From the NCBI RefSeq assembly GCF_001194135.2, contig NC_068986.1, forward strand, positions 38,666,683-38,706,849: a stretch of 40,167 bases of DNA, read 5' to 3'. The first letter of the stretch is position 1. The number at the start of each line of letters is the position of its first letter. The notes beneath the pieces were generated by a model, which was not told the DNA's origin, searched no databases, and saw nothing but the letters and a program-made list of their open reading frames with translations. Both the position numbers and the translations under genes were made by a program. This document shows positions 9,588-23,033 of the stretch, piece after piece. The stretch comes from Octopus bimaculoides. Lineage: Eukaryota.

Positions 9588-10759
9588 ATATAGTTTGTAT
9601 TGAAACTGAATAAATTGAAATGTCTTAGATTCACCTCTGTACTATTTCCACCTCCATCTTTTATACATATGTGTATATGNNNNNNNNNNNNNNNNNNNNN
9701 NNNNNNNNNNNNNNNNNNNNNNNNNNNNNNNNNNNNNNNNNNNNNNNNNNNNNNNNNNNNNNNNNNNNNNNNNNNNNNNNNNNNNNNNNNNNNNNNNNNN
9801 NNNNNNNNNNNNNNNNNNNNNNNNNNNNNNNNNNNNNNNNNNNNNNNNNNNNNNNNNNNNNNNNNNNNNNNNNNNNNNNNNNNNNNNNNNNNNNNNNNNN
9901 NNNNNNNNNNNNNNNNNNNNNNNNNNNNNNNNNNNNNNATAAACATAAAATATATATATATACATACATAAATACACTACAGTAAATTTCTCATTAAGCT
10001 GTGTACAATCCCATCAAATTGGATATCAGATAAACCCAAAAAAGAACAGTGTTGGCAGAGTTAAGGGAATGCCTCTTAGTGTTGACTTCCCCTGCCAAAC
10101 TTGAGTATCAGTGTTATAGGGTATATATATTTTAGATGTGCTGAGTTCGTACTGCATGCCCATCAAAATTAGTAGTTTCATCATAAACACTAAACCCATT
10201 CAGTAACATAATCATTAATTGTAACAGTAAGCTAACATTTTCTATCCTTGTTATGAAACAATGCAGTCATTGTTTTGAAGTAGTACTCCACATCCTACAG
10301 ATAATTGTACCAGGATATGTATTGGGCAAGTGGTAAGATAATCAGAGAGTGACAAGAATAAAGGCCCAAAACAAACAACTTTTCACTAGTCACACATCCT
10401 GTTAATTATTTATTTTTATATCCCTCTCTAAGAAATGCTCCTTTTCTATCCAGCATTCCATTCTCTTCTCTAACTAGCCTCTTAATTCACTTATTGCTCT
10501 ATATACTCAGAGAAGTGCAAATATAAATAAACACACAGACACATATATCCAACTTGCCCTCCCCTCATCATCATTGTCATCATCATCATTTAACATCTGT
10601 GTTCCATATTGCCTAGGGCTGGATGGTTTAACAGGATCCTATGACTTCAAGGACTGTATCATGCTTAAGTATTTGCTTGGCATAGCTTCTACAGCTGGAT
10701 GCCCTCCTTAATGCCAACCACTTAACAGTTACTGAATCAGGAGAGATGGTGTTCTCCAT

Positions 10760-10925
10760 TTGAACAAAAGAAACTTATTTGTGTGCTTGCATTTGTTAAG
10801 AATTTCAGATCTAGAATCAAGTTGTGTGATGGATTCTTGATGCAAGTTATGCATAGCTGGAAGATCACACAGTCTTTTTAGGTCCAAGAATTCCATGATA
10901 CTACTTAATTCCAGATCCAAACTTT
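10760..10925 (-). mobile_element. Penelope-like element, GIY-YIG region C-terminal remnant
   Basis: ..KRLCDL..NLHQESITQLDSRSEILNKCKHTNKFLL resembles the characteristic PLE terminus LNxRSEIxxKCRHxNKFLL. Confidence 0.75.
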
Positions 10926-11201
10926 TTAGTAATGCAAGCACATTAGTGCATCAGTCAAAATGCTTAGCAGCATTTCTTCCAGCTTTTTACATTCTGAGTT
11001 CAAATTCTAACCACGTCAGTTTTTGTTTATCATCCTTTTGGATGGAGTAAGTATTTGAATTACTCCATCCAACTCAACAAATGCTGACCTTCAACCCTGC
11101 AGCAGATCAGCATCTTGTTGAGGGAGAATGTTATGATTTTGATCACTTATATGTCATAGAGACTAATTGGTTTTATGAGGCCTGGGGCACAAGAAAAAAA
11201 T

Positions 11202-11250
<49 letters not shown>

Positions 11251-11414
11251 AGAAACTTGCTTCCCAGCCACATGGTTCTGGATTCAGTCCTACTGCATGG
11301 CACCTTGGGCAAGTGTCTTCTACTAAGTCTCGGGCCAACCAAAGCCTTGTGAGTGGATTTGGTAGATAGAAATTGAAAGAAGCTTGTCCTATATACATAC
11401 ATATATATATATAC

Positions 11415-11445
<31 letters not shown>

Positions 11446-12051
11446 NNNNNNNNNNNNNNNNNNNNNNNNNNNNNNNNNNNNNNNNNNNNNNNNNNNNNNN
11501 NNNNNNNNNNNNNNNNNNNNNNNNNNNNNNNNNNNNNNNNNNNNNNNNNNNNNNNNNNNNNNNNNNNNNNNNNNNNNNNNNNNNNNNNNNNNNNNNNNNN
11601 NNNNNNNNNNNNNNNNNNNNNNNNNNNNNNNNNNNNNNNNNNNNNNNNNNNNNNNNNNNNNNNNNNNNNNNNNNNNNNNNNNNNNNNNNNNNNNNNNNNN
11701 NNNNNNNNNNNNNNNNNNNGTTTCTGGATTATGATTGATACTCAATTTCCTTCATCAATACTGTATTCCAGCAGTAAATTCGACTATGCTAGCAAACTGT
11801 GCAAGCATGAACGAGTAACATTCCACACCGGCTGATCCCTTAGTTATGTTTATAAATATATATGAGCTTTTAAATAAGTTCTCCACCAATAATGGTGCTT
11901 TCATACCGATGGGCTTGGTAAAAATTATTAATTGTTAATTGATTTATTAATTAATAAATTGATAATCCTTTACCCTTTTAATTTGTAATATATATATATA
12001 TATATATATGTATATAAACTTACTTGGAAATGGATGCATAGTGTTCAATTA

Positions 12052-12083
<32 letters not shown>

Positions 12084-12504
12084 TGTATGTGTGTATATAT
12101 ATATATTTGCATATATGGGTGCAGGACGTCACCAAGTGTGCAAACAACATGAAATATGTAAACAGATGAGTTAAATATGCAAACAATGAGAGGAAAAAAT
12201 TGAAAACAGGACAAGTAAAAACTCCTATGTGTATATATTTATGTGTGTATGTCTTTGTGTCTCTGTTTGTACCCCCATTGGTGCTTGACAATTGGTGTTG
12301 GTGTATTTACATCCCTGTAACTTAGCAGTTCAGCAAAAGAGACTGACAGAATAAGTACTAGACTTCAAAAAAAAGTCCTGGGATCGATTTGTTTGACTAA
12401 GATCCTTCAAGGCAGTGCGCCAGTATGGCTGCAGTCAAATGACTGAAACAAGTAAAAGAATAAAAGAACACACTCATACACACACATACATATATATATT
12501 ATAT

Positions 12505-12542
<38 letters not shown>

Positions 12543-12802
12543 NNNNNNNNNNNNNNNNNNNNNNNNNNNNNNNNNNNNNNNNNNNNNNNNNNNNNNNNNN
12601 NNNNNNNNNNNNNNNNNNNNNNNNNNNNNNNNNNNNNNNNNNNNNNNNNNNNNNNNNNNNNNNNNNNNNNNNNNNNNNNNNNNNNNNNNNNNNNNNNNNN
12701 NNNNNNNNNNNNNNNNNNNNNNNNNNNNNNNNNNNNNNNNNNNNNNNNNNNNNNNNNNNNNNNNNNNNNNNNNNNNNNNNNNNNNNNNNNNNNNNNNNNN
12801 NN

Positions 12803-12839
<37 letters not shown>

Positions 12840-12878
12840 ACCTGTCCTCATCTGTTGTTGTTTTTTTTCGTAAATTCT

Positions 12879-12913
<35 letters not shown>

Positions 12914-14055
12914 CACTTGATCCTCTTTTATAGCTGATAGTTTTGTATAATCTTTCTTATTTTCTTTCTTCGTTTCTTTCTGAGGATTTCATTAAAACTA
13001 ATCCTTTTCTTCTAATCCACTTAATGCTTCCATTGTGATTCATACGTATGTGCATGTGCTCATACACATGTGTATAATAGTGGTTTCTTTTATCATCATC
13101 CTTGTTCAAGTTTGTTGTTCATTTCAGATTACTCTAGGGTTTTCAATGTGTAGAAGCAAGGGTTAGCTCTTTTGTTTTGTTTTGTTTTTCGTTTCTTTCT
13201 GTTTTATTTATGGGAGGGTTAAGTATTAATTATGGTCCAGCTGTTAACGTTATATGTAGGATTAGTATCAATATAGGTATTTTACTTTTTCATATTACAC
13301 TATAAGTATTAGGAACACTATAGTAATTTCGTTGTTGTTGTTGTTAGTGGTGGTGGTGGTGGTGGCGGCGGCGGCGGCGGTGGCAGTGGTGTTGGTTGGG
13401 GTGACATGAAGGATTAGCAGTTCCCTCATTCCTGAGCATTACTATAGAGAAGCCAATGCAACGTAGAATCTACATGGTCATTTGACTTGCTTGAAATATC
13501 AGTCAAATCTCCCTCAAATTTCAGTGTACAAAAATGGATACATTGTGAGCAATTTCTGTTGTGACGCAGGAGGATCATTATGCCAATAATAAACACATGC
13601 ACTGCTTCTATTTCACTTCTTTATTTTTATTACCCATGTTGGTTCATGTAAAAAGCACCCATGCCTGTCAAAGTAAAAAGCATCCATGCTGATCAATTTA
13701 AGAAGCATGTAGGACACTCTTTAAAGTGGTTGGCAATAGGAAGAGCATTCAGCTGTAGAAATCAAACCTCATCAGAGTGGAACCTGGTGCAGCTCTTCAG
13801 CTTGCCAGCTCTGGTCATACTGTCCAAACCATACCAGCATGGAAAATGGACTTTAAATGATGATGATGAAGATGATGAGGATGATAGTAATGACGATGAA
13901 TTGGTTAACTATTTAATCAATTAACTAATCAAATGTTTGGTTAATCATTTGGTCAATCAATCAATAAGGTTTGTCAAAGTCCTTTCACTGCCAGACCTGT
14001 ATGTGTATGTATATAAATGTATGCATTTATGTATGTATTTCTGTGGATGTGTATG

Positions 14056-14095
<40 letters not shown>

Positions 14096-14479
14096 TTTGT
14101 ATATGGGCATATGTACTAGTATATCTATGTGCATGTATGTATGTGTGTGTATGTCTGAGCATGTATGTGTATATTTTTTCTCTTTTCTTCACTAGGGCTG
14201 TTAGTGATTCTCCGGATTAATATACAAATATAAACACTTCATCCAAATGTAATTTTTGTATTATAAAAAAATGTTCCTCTGTCTGACGAATTTCTAATAG
14301 GAAATTCTTTACATGTCTATTTAATAAATAAATCTTTTTAATTCTTATTAGCAAATAAAACAAATGTAATGGGGGAATAAATAGTATCAAAATATTTCCA
14401 CTTTCCTGTTTTGTTATACAATAAATCTACAATTAATATTTCTCTTATTCTCAATTTTAATATGTATTTTGATCGAAAC

Positions 14480-14912
14480 ACGAAACTCGGCTTCCGAAGA
14501 CCTGTTGAGGCAAGCGAAAGTGAAATCGTGATGGCACCTGTGCTGAGCGTCGCCTTCCTCGCACTTGTGCCGGTGGCACGTATAAAGACATTTGAGCGAG
14601 ATCGTTGCCTGTGCCGCTGGACTGGCTCCTGTGCAGGTGGCACGTAAAATACACCATTTTGAGTGTGGCCGTTGCCAGTACCACCTGTCTGGCCTTCGTG
14701 CCGGTGGCATGTAAAAGCACCCACTACACTCTCGGAGTGGTTGGCGTTAGGAAGGGCATCCAGCTGTAGAAACTCTGCCAAATCAGATTGGAGCCTGGTG
14801 TAGCCATCTGGTTCACCAGTCCTCAGTCAAATCGTCCAACCCATGCTAGCATGGAAAGCGGACGTTAAGCGATGATGATGATGGTGATGATGATGATGAT
14901 GATGATGATGAT
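14480..14912 (+). mobile_element. Family D retroposon, long CpG-rich young copy with three ~65-bp internal repeats
   Basis: GTGC(C/A)GGTGGCA(C/T)GTA(A/T)AA occurs near 14567, 14631 and 14698, followed by the family D tail and (GAT)n. Confidence 0.75.
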
Positions 14913-15014
14913 TAACATACAGCAGCAACTATGGATACATGTAGATTGTAATAATGGAATAAGCCAATGTACTTCAAGAGGAAACAGCTGGGATTCACCC
15001 TAACTACCTATATA

Positions 15015-15045
<31 letters not shown>

Positions 15046-15444
15046 TGTATGTATTTGTATTTTTATTTGTTCCTCCACCATCACTTGACAACAGATGTTG
15101 GCTTCTTTGCATCCTTGTAACTTAACATTTCAGCATAAGAGACAGATAGAATTAGTATAAGGCTTAAAAATATACATACTAGGTTGATTTGTTCAACTAA
15201 ACCCTTAAAGGTGGTGCTCCAGCATGACTGAAACAAGTAAAAGATAAAAGATTAAAAAATGCAACAAGCCCCCACTCCCTAAAATTACTGACCATGTGTC
15301 AAACTTTGAAACCATTATTAATATTATAATATAATTTATTATGATATTATTATCAGGTCTGTAAGGTTGACTCAGATGGTAACATGCTAAGCTGTAATAA
15401 TCCTTTCTACTGAAGGCACTAGGTCTGAAATTTGGAGGAAGGGG

Positions 15445-15998
15445 ACTAGTCAATTACATCGACCCTAGTGTTTCACTGGTACTTAATTTATCAACTCCGA
15501 AATGATGAAAGGCAAAGTCGACTTCGGTGGAATTTTAAACTCAGAACATAGTGACTGGCGAAATACTGCTAAGAATTTTGCCCTGTGTGCTACTGATTCT
15601 ACTGGTTCGACACCTTATACTAAGCGGTAATAGTATGGAATATAAAAATCATTTACTATATTCAGTTCAATAGACTATAGCTGCTCCAACACATCATCTG
15701 CATATGTATGTGTGTGTGGAGCGTAGGTACAAATTATGTATTATGCAACAGAAATTTATAGTGAAGGGATCATCAATTAACTGGGGTATACCAAAATCTA
15801 AGTAGTGTAGTAGGTTGAGATGGCATCAACAATAGGAATTTATATCAACCCCAGCATTCAACTGGTACTTATTTTATCAACCCTAGTAGGATGAAAGGCT
15901 AAGTCAACCTCAGCGCAATTTGAACTCAGAAACATAAGGACAGATGATATGTACTAAGCATTTTACCTGGCATCCTAATGATTCTGCCAGCTCATTGC
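15445..15998 (-). mobile_element. Two SINE family B copies (about 15445-15616 and 15830-15998)
   Basis: Both contain CTGGTACTT..ATCAAC..GATGAAAGGC(A/T)AAGTC(G/A)AC..GAACTCAGAA..CTAAG(A/C)ATTTT. Confidence 0.8.
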
Positions 15999-16126
15999 TC
16001 TGAACAGAATAAATACTGACAGCATGGATTAGGAATTGGAATTAACAATGGCTGGTTTTTAGGTTCAAAAATGGTAGCAACATTTTTATGGTGTTGTAGT
16101 TGTTTAATCCTGATAGAACAAATCTA

Positions 16127-16341
16127 AAAGGTATGTTCAAAAAGTGTCTGTTTTTATTTTTCCCACCAAAACTAATACCATGTGGGCAAAATCATCTGGG
16201 TGGGGGATGACTCCATCCTGCCTGTGCATGCATGAAAACTTTTGTGCCAGTAGGTCACATCAGTTCCCAACTGTTATGCCTAGAGTATGCCTAGGGTACA
16301 CATCAGAAAAAAATAGTCAGATACTTTTTGGACGTACCTCA
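16127..16341. mobile_element. Mariner-type MITE, about 215 bp
   Basis: Imperfect TIRs TA|AAAGGTATGTTCAAAAAGTGTCTG and CAGATACTTTTTGGACGTACCTCA|TA, with TA on both sides. Confidence 0.65.
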
Positions 16342-18204
16342 TATATGATCAAAAACATTCCACCAATGACTATCCAATTTGTTTTATCTTTTGAGCGGGG
16401 TGGGACGGTATCTAGAGTAATATTATATATGTAACTTTACCATTTTTTTAAGGCAGTGGAGTTGATCTTAGTGAAGTTTAGTGGCTAATTCTCGCAGCTA
16501 GCAGACGAAACAACCATGTAACAGATACCAACAAGACATTATTCATTACTCCAAAGATGATTGCTGATATATCAGGATTAGGAACCAGATGTTATTTGGG
16601 AATGTTTCTTGTGTTTAAAAGGATCCTACTCAAAGTGAAGAAGGGGCAGATTTATGTCATGTTTATTTTACACCATGAAATCAGAACTAAGTATTAGTTC
16701 TCAAAGGTCTTCTTGGAGCTTAGCAGACATCTAAATTTCTACATACATTAAAATACACATTAATACACATATTAGTCTACCTCTCTCTCATTTTTGCTCT
16801 TTCTTTCTCTCTTTCTCTTTCTATCTATGTACTTAACCCATCTGTCTATTTATCAGTCTCCCTCTATCTTTCTTCCTCTATCATACCCAGTTCTGGATGT
16901 CATATGCTACTTTGGTGACATGGTATATTAGTCTCTCTCTGTTTATATCTTTCTCTCTTTCTCTCTCTCTATCTATCTATCTATCTCTATCTCTCTCTAT
17001 CTATCTATCTATCTCTATCTCTCTCTATCTATCTATCTCTATCTCTCTCTATCTATCTATCTATCTATCTATCTATTTATGTATTCTCTTCTATTTTTTG
17101 ATTATTATAAATCTTCCACTGAGGAGGGAGCTGGTTGCCAACAAAGATACAAAGCTCCATCTTTGGGATATAGGAGGGTTAATGTTGTTATTGTAAGCAA
17201 CAGAGTATAATGCCAATAAGAACATGTAAACTTGTGTCTCAGAGACCTATAAACCACTGTTTCAAAGTTCAGCTATGGGTATGGGCAAGCACAGGCAGTT
17301 AAGAAGTTTGCATCACAATCATAAGACCCTAGGTTCAGTTATGCTCTATGGTATCTTTTATCATAACCTTGGGTCTGCTGAAGCTCTGTGAGAGAAATTG
17401 GTAAGACAGAAACTGTATAGAAGGAGGCCTATAAAATGAATTATATCAGTAATTCAAAGATCTAACCTTGTCACATATTGTCACATTTATTTGGCCAGAA
17501 AATTATGTTGAGACTACATGTTCCTGTGAAATATTCATCCATTTATATGTTAATTTAATGAATAGGATGTTCAGGCAATCAAATAACTAAAGGCTGAGAA
17601 AGAGATATTTTGTACAGCCATTTTGGTTTGGCACCACCTGTCTGGCATTGCTGACTCAACACTGACTTATTTGACATTAGACATTTTAATGTTCTCTCTC
17701 CCTCACTCTCTTCTACCCTCTCTTTCTATCTATCTCTCTCTGTTGCACTCTCTCATTCTTTTGTTTTTATGTGTATGTTTCTGTGCACACATGTACATGT
17801 GTGTATGTGTGTGTACGTGCATGCACACACGTGTGTGTGTGTATGAGTGTGTGTGTATGTGTGTGTGTGCGTATATTTGCCTCCAATGTCCAACTACTGT
17901 CATCAAAATAAACTGAATGTCCAGTCTTAGTCTTACTAAATTGCCCTCGTCCTGACAGTCACACCTAATTGTCCCATCCCAACTAAATGTTCATTGTCAA
18001 AACTCATGGAGGATCCATCATGGGTCATTAACTTCATTCTTCATGCTGTTTAACTTCATTCTTCATCCTGTTTAGGAAATCGTGAGATGATACTTAAAAA
18101 ATTAACATTAATGACATGATAGTTATTTTACACAACACTAATTTATTATTTAATCATAGGACCAATTATTAAACAGAATTTATCTCATCTCATCTCACCT
18201 TCTT

Positions 18205-18555
18205 TGCATGAGGGCAGAGTACTCAAGTAAGCCTTCCATTGAGTCCTGCAAGAAGCAACCATTTCTAATTGACCTGGCTGGATCCCCAAGTGAGACCAAG
18301 TGAGCTGATGAATGTTATCCAACCATCGTACTCATGGTCTTATCCCAGGTCTCTTGCTAGTTGGTTTTGCCCATAAAACTTGTCCTGTGATTCTTTCCTG
18401 GGACATTCTTACAACATGTCCATAGTATCAGAGCAGTGATCTCTCAATTCAGAGAAGTAGCAGCTCTACTTCGAGTCCCTTTCTGATCTCCGAGCTACAC
18501 ACTCTATTAAATAATGTTACTCCAAGAACACTTTGGAAGAACATCATTGTGGCTA
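18205..18555 (-). mobile_element. RTE-clade LINE 3' coding remnant
   Basis: Minus strand: ..VLGVTLFNRVCSSEIRKGLEVELLLL*IERSLL*YYGHVVRMSQER..RP*VRWLDNIHQLTWSHLGIQ..RTQWK. Same family as 31891-32285. Confidence 0.8.
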
Positions 18556-18649
18556 AATGTATTTACAACCATATTCTTTCAGTCATTACCCAAGGTTTCA
18601 AGCAATATCAAAAGGGGGCTACCATTAATGTGATGCTGTTTTTATTTTT

Positions 18650-19091
18650 AATGGCTGTGTAAACCAGTCATATCCAGCCAAAATATTCCATCTGTTTCAT
18701 GTTCAAAATGATCAGATCCATGCTCTGCACCTACCCTACAATGTTATTCTACATTAAACAATCAAAGCATTGAAATCTCAAAGATATGAGATAATGCATG
18801 ATTAATTCAAAACAATGTGAATCAATAAACTTTACGTTTGATAGAATAACCTGAACACTAAATGGTTAAGACTTTAGCATTTAAACCAGCTATATCTGGC
18901 CTTAATATTCTACTTGTTTTATGTTTAAATCAACCAGGTTTGGCCTCTCATGAAAACCCTACTATGGTCGTCATTCTGAAAATAAACAATCACATCATTG
19001 AAATCTTGAAGCTACAATATAAGCTATCATTCGTTCAGAACAATGTGAATAAATTAGCATTGTATGACAGAGGAATATGAATGCTAAAGGC
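18650..19091. mobile_element. Two head-to-tail copies of a TTAA-flanked MITE (piggyBac-type ends)
   Basis: Copy 1 ends AACACTAAATGG|TTAA (18866-18869). Copy 2 runs GACTTTAGCATT...AATGCTAAAGGC|TTAG. Both are the reverse complement of 21909-22118. Confidence 0.7.
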
Positions 19092-19664
19092 TTAGGGAAC
19101 TCATTAAGTGGAAATAAAGTTTCCAGTTCAAGTTGTTTGTTGATAATTCAATATATTTATGTTGAAATATACAGACTTTGTTTCAATCAATTGTGAAAAT
19201 AATGAAAAATTTAGTGAAATAACTGTCATTATTTGTATTTGGAACATAACTTATCATGAAATTTTGGTGCAAAATTTTAATTTAGAATATTTTAGAACAA
19301 GAAATTGGTAATATTGGCTTCAAATTTTGGCACAAGACCAGCAATTTTAGGAGAGGAGTAAGTCAGTTATATTGATTAACCCCAGTATTCAACTGATACT
19401 TATTGTATTGACACAAACAAGCCCTGATGGAGGAAACCTATGGTTAAAAGGCTTTCAAGTAAGACCATCACATTTTTTTCTTCTTCACTCAGAAACTATG
19501 TTGCATTTTTTAATATATCCAGCATTATTCAAGCTGGTAGAATCAGTTTGAGGGTTCACTCATGAAGAATTCTGCCACAAACTGTTATTGCCAATAATTT
19601 GCTAGCATCAACACCAGTACCTCTCTTTCTCTCTATTTATGTCTTTCTCCTCATGACTCTCTTT

Positions 19665-20062
19665 TACTCTCTTTTATTTGTTTCAGTCATTTGACTGTGG
19701 CCATGCTGGAGCACTGCCTTTAGTCGAGCAAATCGACCCCAGGACTTATTCTTTGTAAGCCTAGTACTTATTCTATTGATCTCTTTTGCCGAACCACTTA
19801 GTTACGGGGATGTAAACACACCAGCATCGGTTGTCAAGCAATGTTGGGGGTACAAACACAGACACACAAACATATACACACACACATNNNNNNNNNNNNN
19901 NNNNNNNNNNNNNNNNNNNNNNNNNNNNNNNNNNNNNNNNNNNNNNNNNNNNNNNNNNNNNNNNNNNNNNNNNNNNNNNNNNNNNNNNNNNNNGCAGTGG
20001 GACTGAACCTAGAACCATGTGGTTGGTTAGCAAGCTACTTACCACACAGCCGCTCCTATGCC
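19665..20062 (-). mobile_element. SINE family A, full length, with an N gap in the internal microsatellite
   Basis: Tail at 19665-19860 and head at 19994-20062, both close to the 31298-31674 copy. Confidence 0.85.
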
Positions 20063-21028
20063 TATGCTGACTGTGTTTGAATTTTTCTTTCTCTCCCTCC
20101 CTCTCTCTCTATTCCACTACTAAAAACAAAATGGTGAAAGGAAAGAAAAAGAAGTAAAGAGATCTACTAAAAGAAGAAAAAAAAGAGAATTCGATACCAC
20201 AGGAATCTATTTTCAAATTTATTTTATTTTTCACTGATGTCTCTGTTTTTACTGATACTACATCATTTTAGCTTTCTGTCTTTCTCTATTTGCGTTTTTT
20301 TTTTTTGAGGGGGAGGTGACTTGAGAGAAATTTAGCTGCTATTTCTCAAAATAATGTCATACAAATTCCCTTGTGAATTGGTGAAAAATAATGTATATGG
20401 TTTCATTAAGAAGGTTCTGGATACAAACTACACACACACACACATAGAACACTACCCATTTATATATAGAGATTACATAAATAGTATTATAGTTATTTAA
20501 CAATGTCAGCAGTTATCATCAATATGACATGTTATCTTTTCGTGACATTACCTGGCCACTAGAGAAAACAGAATCCAAGGAAATTAAGGATGTTCTGCAT
20601 TACAGAAGAACTATTTAGTAAAGTTTATGAATTTAGATAAATTTGCATTCCTTAGAAGAGAATAATGACATTTTGGGCAGGTAAAGCTCTTTATTAAATA
20701 GCTGTTTTTTTACTCTCACACAGAGCTTATGCATCAATGGAAATAGCATTACACGAATTGATGTCATAGCAATACACACTGAGACACAGAAATACTCCAA
20801 TGACAGACAAATGAAAAGACTTAAAATGAAATGTATCCGACTACAAACTCTACTTAGAATCTTAGTTTATGAATTTTGAAATTTTCATTTATTATATGTT
20901 GCTTTTCTCTCAATAGCCTCAGCTGTCAAGAATTAGGTGAGCTTAGATGTAGAGGAAAGTGATGGCAAATCTCTTTATCTCTGGGATTTCCACTTCTAAG
21001 TCCAGCATTGGGGGTAAAATCTTTAACT

Positions 21029-21391
21029 TCTTTTTTTTTTTTTTCTACCTGTAGTCATCCATCCTTTGGACATGTCCAGTCCTATTCCACTTCAATGATT
21101 TCATGGACTTGATAATGTCATTTAGTTTTTATTGTTTTCAGATTCATTCTGTTGTTTTATGGTCTTCCTATATTATATCAAGCCTTAACAAACCAAAGTT
21201 CAGGATCAGCATTGATCAATGTTTTATAACATATCTGCCACCATACTACATCTTTCATCAGATTATATAAGAAATCAAGGAAGTTTCATCTCAAAAATAA
21301 CATATGACAGAGAGATTCTATTTCTCCAAGACTATTCACAGCCAGCTTAGAAAAAGCATTTCAAAACTTACATTTGCTACATCCTCTTAAT
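21029..21391 (-). mobile_element. RTE LINE insertion with inverted RT segment, poly(A) and candidate TSD
   Basis: T14 at 21031-21044. Minus strand 21045-21185 reads ..NDIIKSMKSLKWNRTGHVQRMDDYR*. Plus strand 21179-21378 reads QALTNQ..LINVL*HI..TTSFIRLYKKSRKF..QRDSISPRLFTASLEKAFQNL. TCTTTAACT occurs at 21020-21028 and 21392-21400. Confidence 0.72.
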
Positions 21392-21908
21392 TCTTTAACT
21401 CTAATCAATTCTTACTGATCTCAGAACTCTCACTAGCTCATTCCCCTCCGCCTGCCTGCCTGCATCTCCAATTTCTTTATTCTGCATTCTCACTTATCTT
21501 CTATTTCACCTGATTTGGCCTTCACCATCTCCCTCCCACTTCAACTGACCTGGATCTTACAACAAACTTTTACCAATTTACATGCTTCATTTCCTCTACC
21601 CTATGCAACTCAAACAGTAACTCACACTATCTATCACACTACTCATATTTCCCACTGGCTTATTATTGTCTCTCAACATAACCCCCCCCCACACACACAC
21701 ACACACATCACTCCTTTCATTTATTATACCCTCCATAATTTTGTGATCTTGTATCCTATAACACCTCAATATTTTCTTTCTCTAAAGATGCTAAAGTGTT
21801 CGAAACATTATCTTTTTTTCATTGCTCATGGCAAATCAATTTATTGAAATCTTCAACTTCATGGGCAACAAATTCTCTTATGCATGCTGTTTAATACCAA
21901 TACTTTAA

Positions 21909-22118
21909 CCCTTTAGCATTCACATTGTTCTCTCAAAAGTAATGTTTATTTATTCACATTGTTTTGAATTAATCATGCATTATCTCATAGCTTTTAGATT
22001 TTGATGAGGTAACTGTTAATTTCTAGAATGACATTGTAGTGTTGGTGTGAGAGGCCAGATTTGGCCAGTTTGAACACAAAACAGGTTGCTAGATATAACT
22101 GGTTGAAATTCTAAAGGA
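21909..22118. mobile_element. TTAA-flanked MITE, 210 bp
   Basis: TTAA|CCCTTTAGCATT ... AATTCTAAAGGA|TTAA. Confidence 0.8.
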
Positions 22119-22759
22119 TTAAACCAAAACACCAAATGACTAAGTAACAAGTCACTGTTGTGCCAGCAAATACATTTTTGTTGAAATTCATTTGTATATG
22201 CACTTAATTCTCTATGGCTCATTTCACTCAATCAATAGAAAACAGGTAGCATATCATCTGGTGATGCCACTCAGAGTAGATTAAGATTTATCTTTTATTC
22301 ACTTAACTCCATAAAATCAGAGCTAAACAGTGCCTCCTAAAAGTCCTTTGGGGTTTAAGACAAATTTACATTTGCTTAACTATAAGCCATTACAAAGTAC
22401 TCCTCAATTTTCAGTTAATTTGGTACTCCAACAATTCTCTTGCTCTGTCTCTCTCTGTCTCTCTCTGTCTCTCTCTGTCTCTCTCTCTCTCTCTCTCTCC
22501 TTCTTTTCACCTTAGCTACACTGCTGCTAGAGACATGGTGATGAAAATGTTCAGAGCTTTACCTGTTATCTTTAACAAGAAGAGAAATAAATTGTGCTCT
22601 GGATTTGTGTGAGATTATTACTGATAGTTTTTCTCCAAAGGGAATTGAACTCAGAACTATTAAGTTAATGAATTGTAATACTGCCTCTGCCTACAGCAAA
22701 GAAATTGAACTATATCACTCTACAGGATAACAAGCCATCACTCAAGAGTAATTTTCACA

Positions 22760-22933
22760 AGGCAGTGAGCTGGTAGACTCATTAGTATGCCAGGCAAAAT
22801 GCTTAGTGGCATTTCATCTGCCTTTATGTTCTGAGTTCAAATTCTGCCAAGGTTGACTTTGTCTTTCATCCTTTCAGAACTGATAAAATAAGTACCAGTT
22901 GAACACTGGGGTCATTGTAATCGACTTAATCCC
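22760..22933 (+). mobile_element. SINE family B, full length
   Basis: AGGCAGTGAGCTGGTAGA (A-box-like), TGAGTTCAAATTC (B-box-like), ending GTAATCGACTTAATCCC. Confidence 0.85.
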
Positions 22934-22992
22934 ACTCCCAAAATTTTAAACCACTTTTCACTTGGTAACATGTACAATGTTTTTGCTATTTG

Positions 22993-23033
22993 TTTTAGGT
23001 ACTATGTAGCTGTGAGCTACATAGGACCTAAAA
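22993..23033. repeat. Short inverted repeat (19-bp arms, 1 mismatch, 3-nt loop)
   Basis: TTTTAGGT-A-CTATGTAGCT GTG AGCTACATAG-G-ACCTAAAA. Confidence 0.9.

Noticed and set aside
3899-12873. Long ORFs in the track spanning N runs or (TA)/(CA) repeats
   Set aside because: Their length comes from X residues and dinucleotide-repeat translation (YIYI, HTHT, CVCV); they are not genes.
14283-14317. CTGACGA-hairpin-TTTA-CATG-TC as a hammerhead
   Set aside because: The GAAA position reads TTTA and no stem I can be formed.
20725-20880. Possible exon after CTCTCACACAG (SLCINGNSITRIDVIAIHTETQKYSNDRQMKRLKMK..)
   Set aside because: No recognisable homology and no convincing donor; a stop-free run of about 50 codons is expected by chance.
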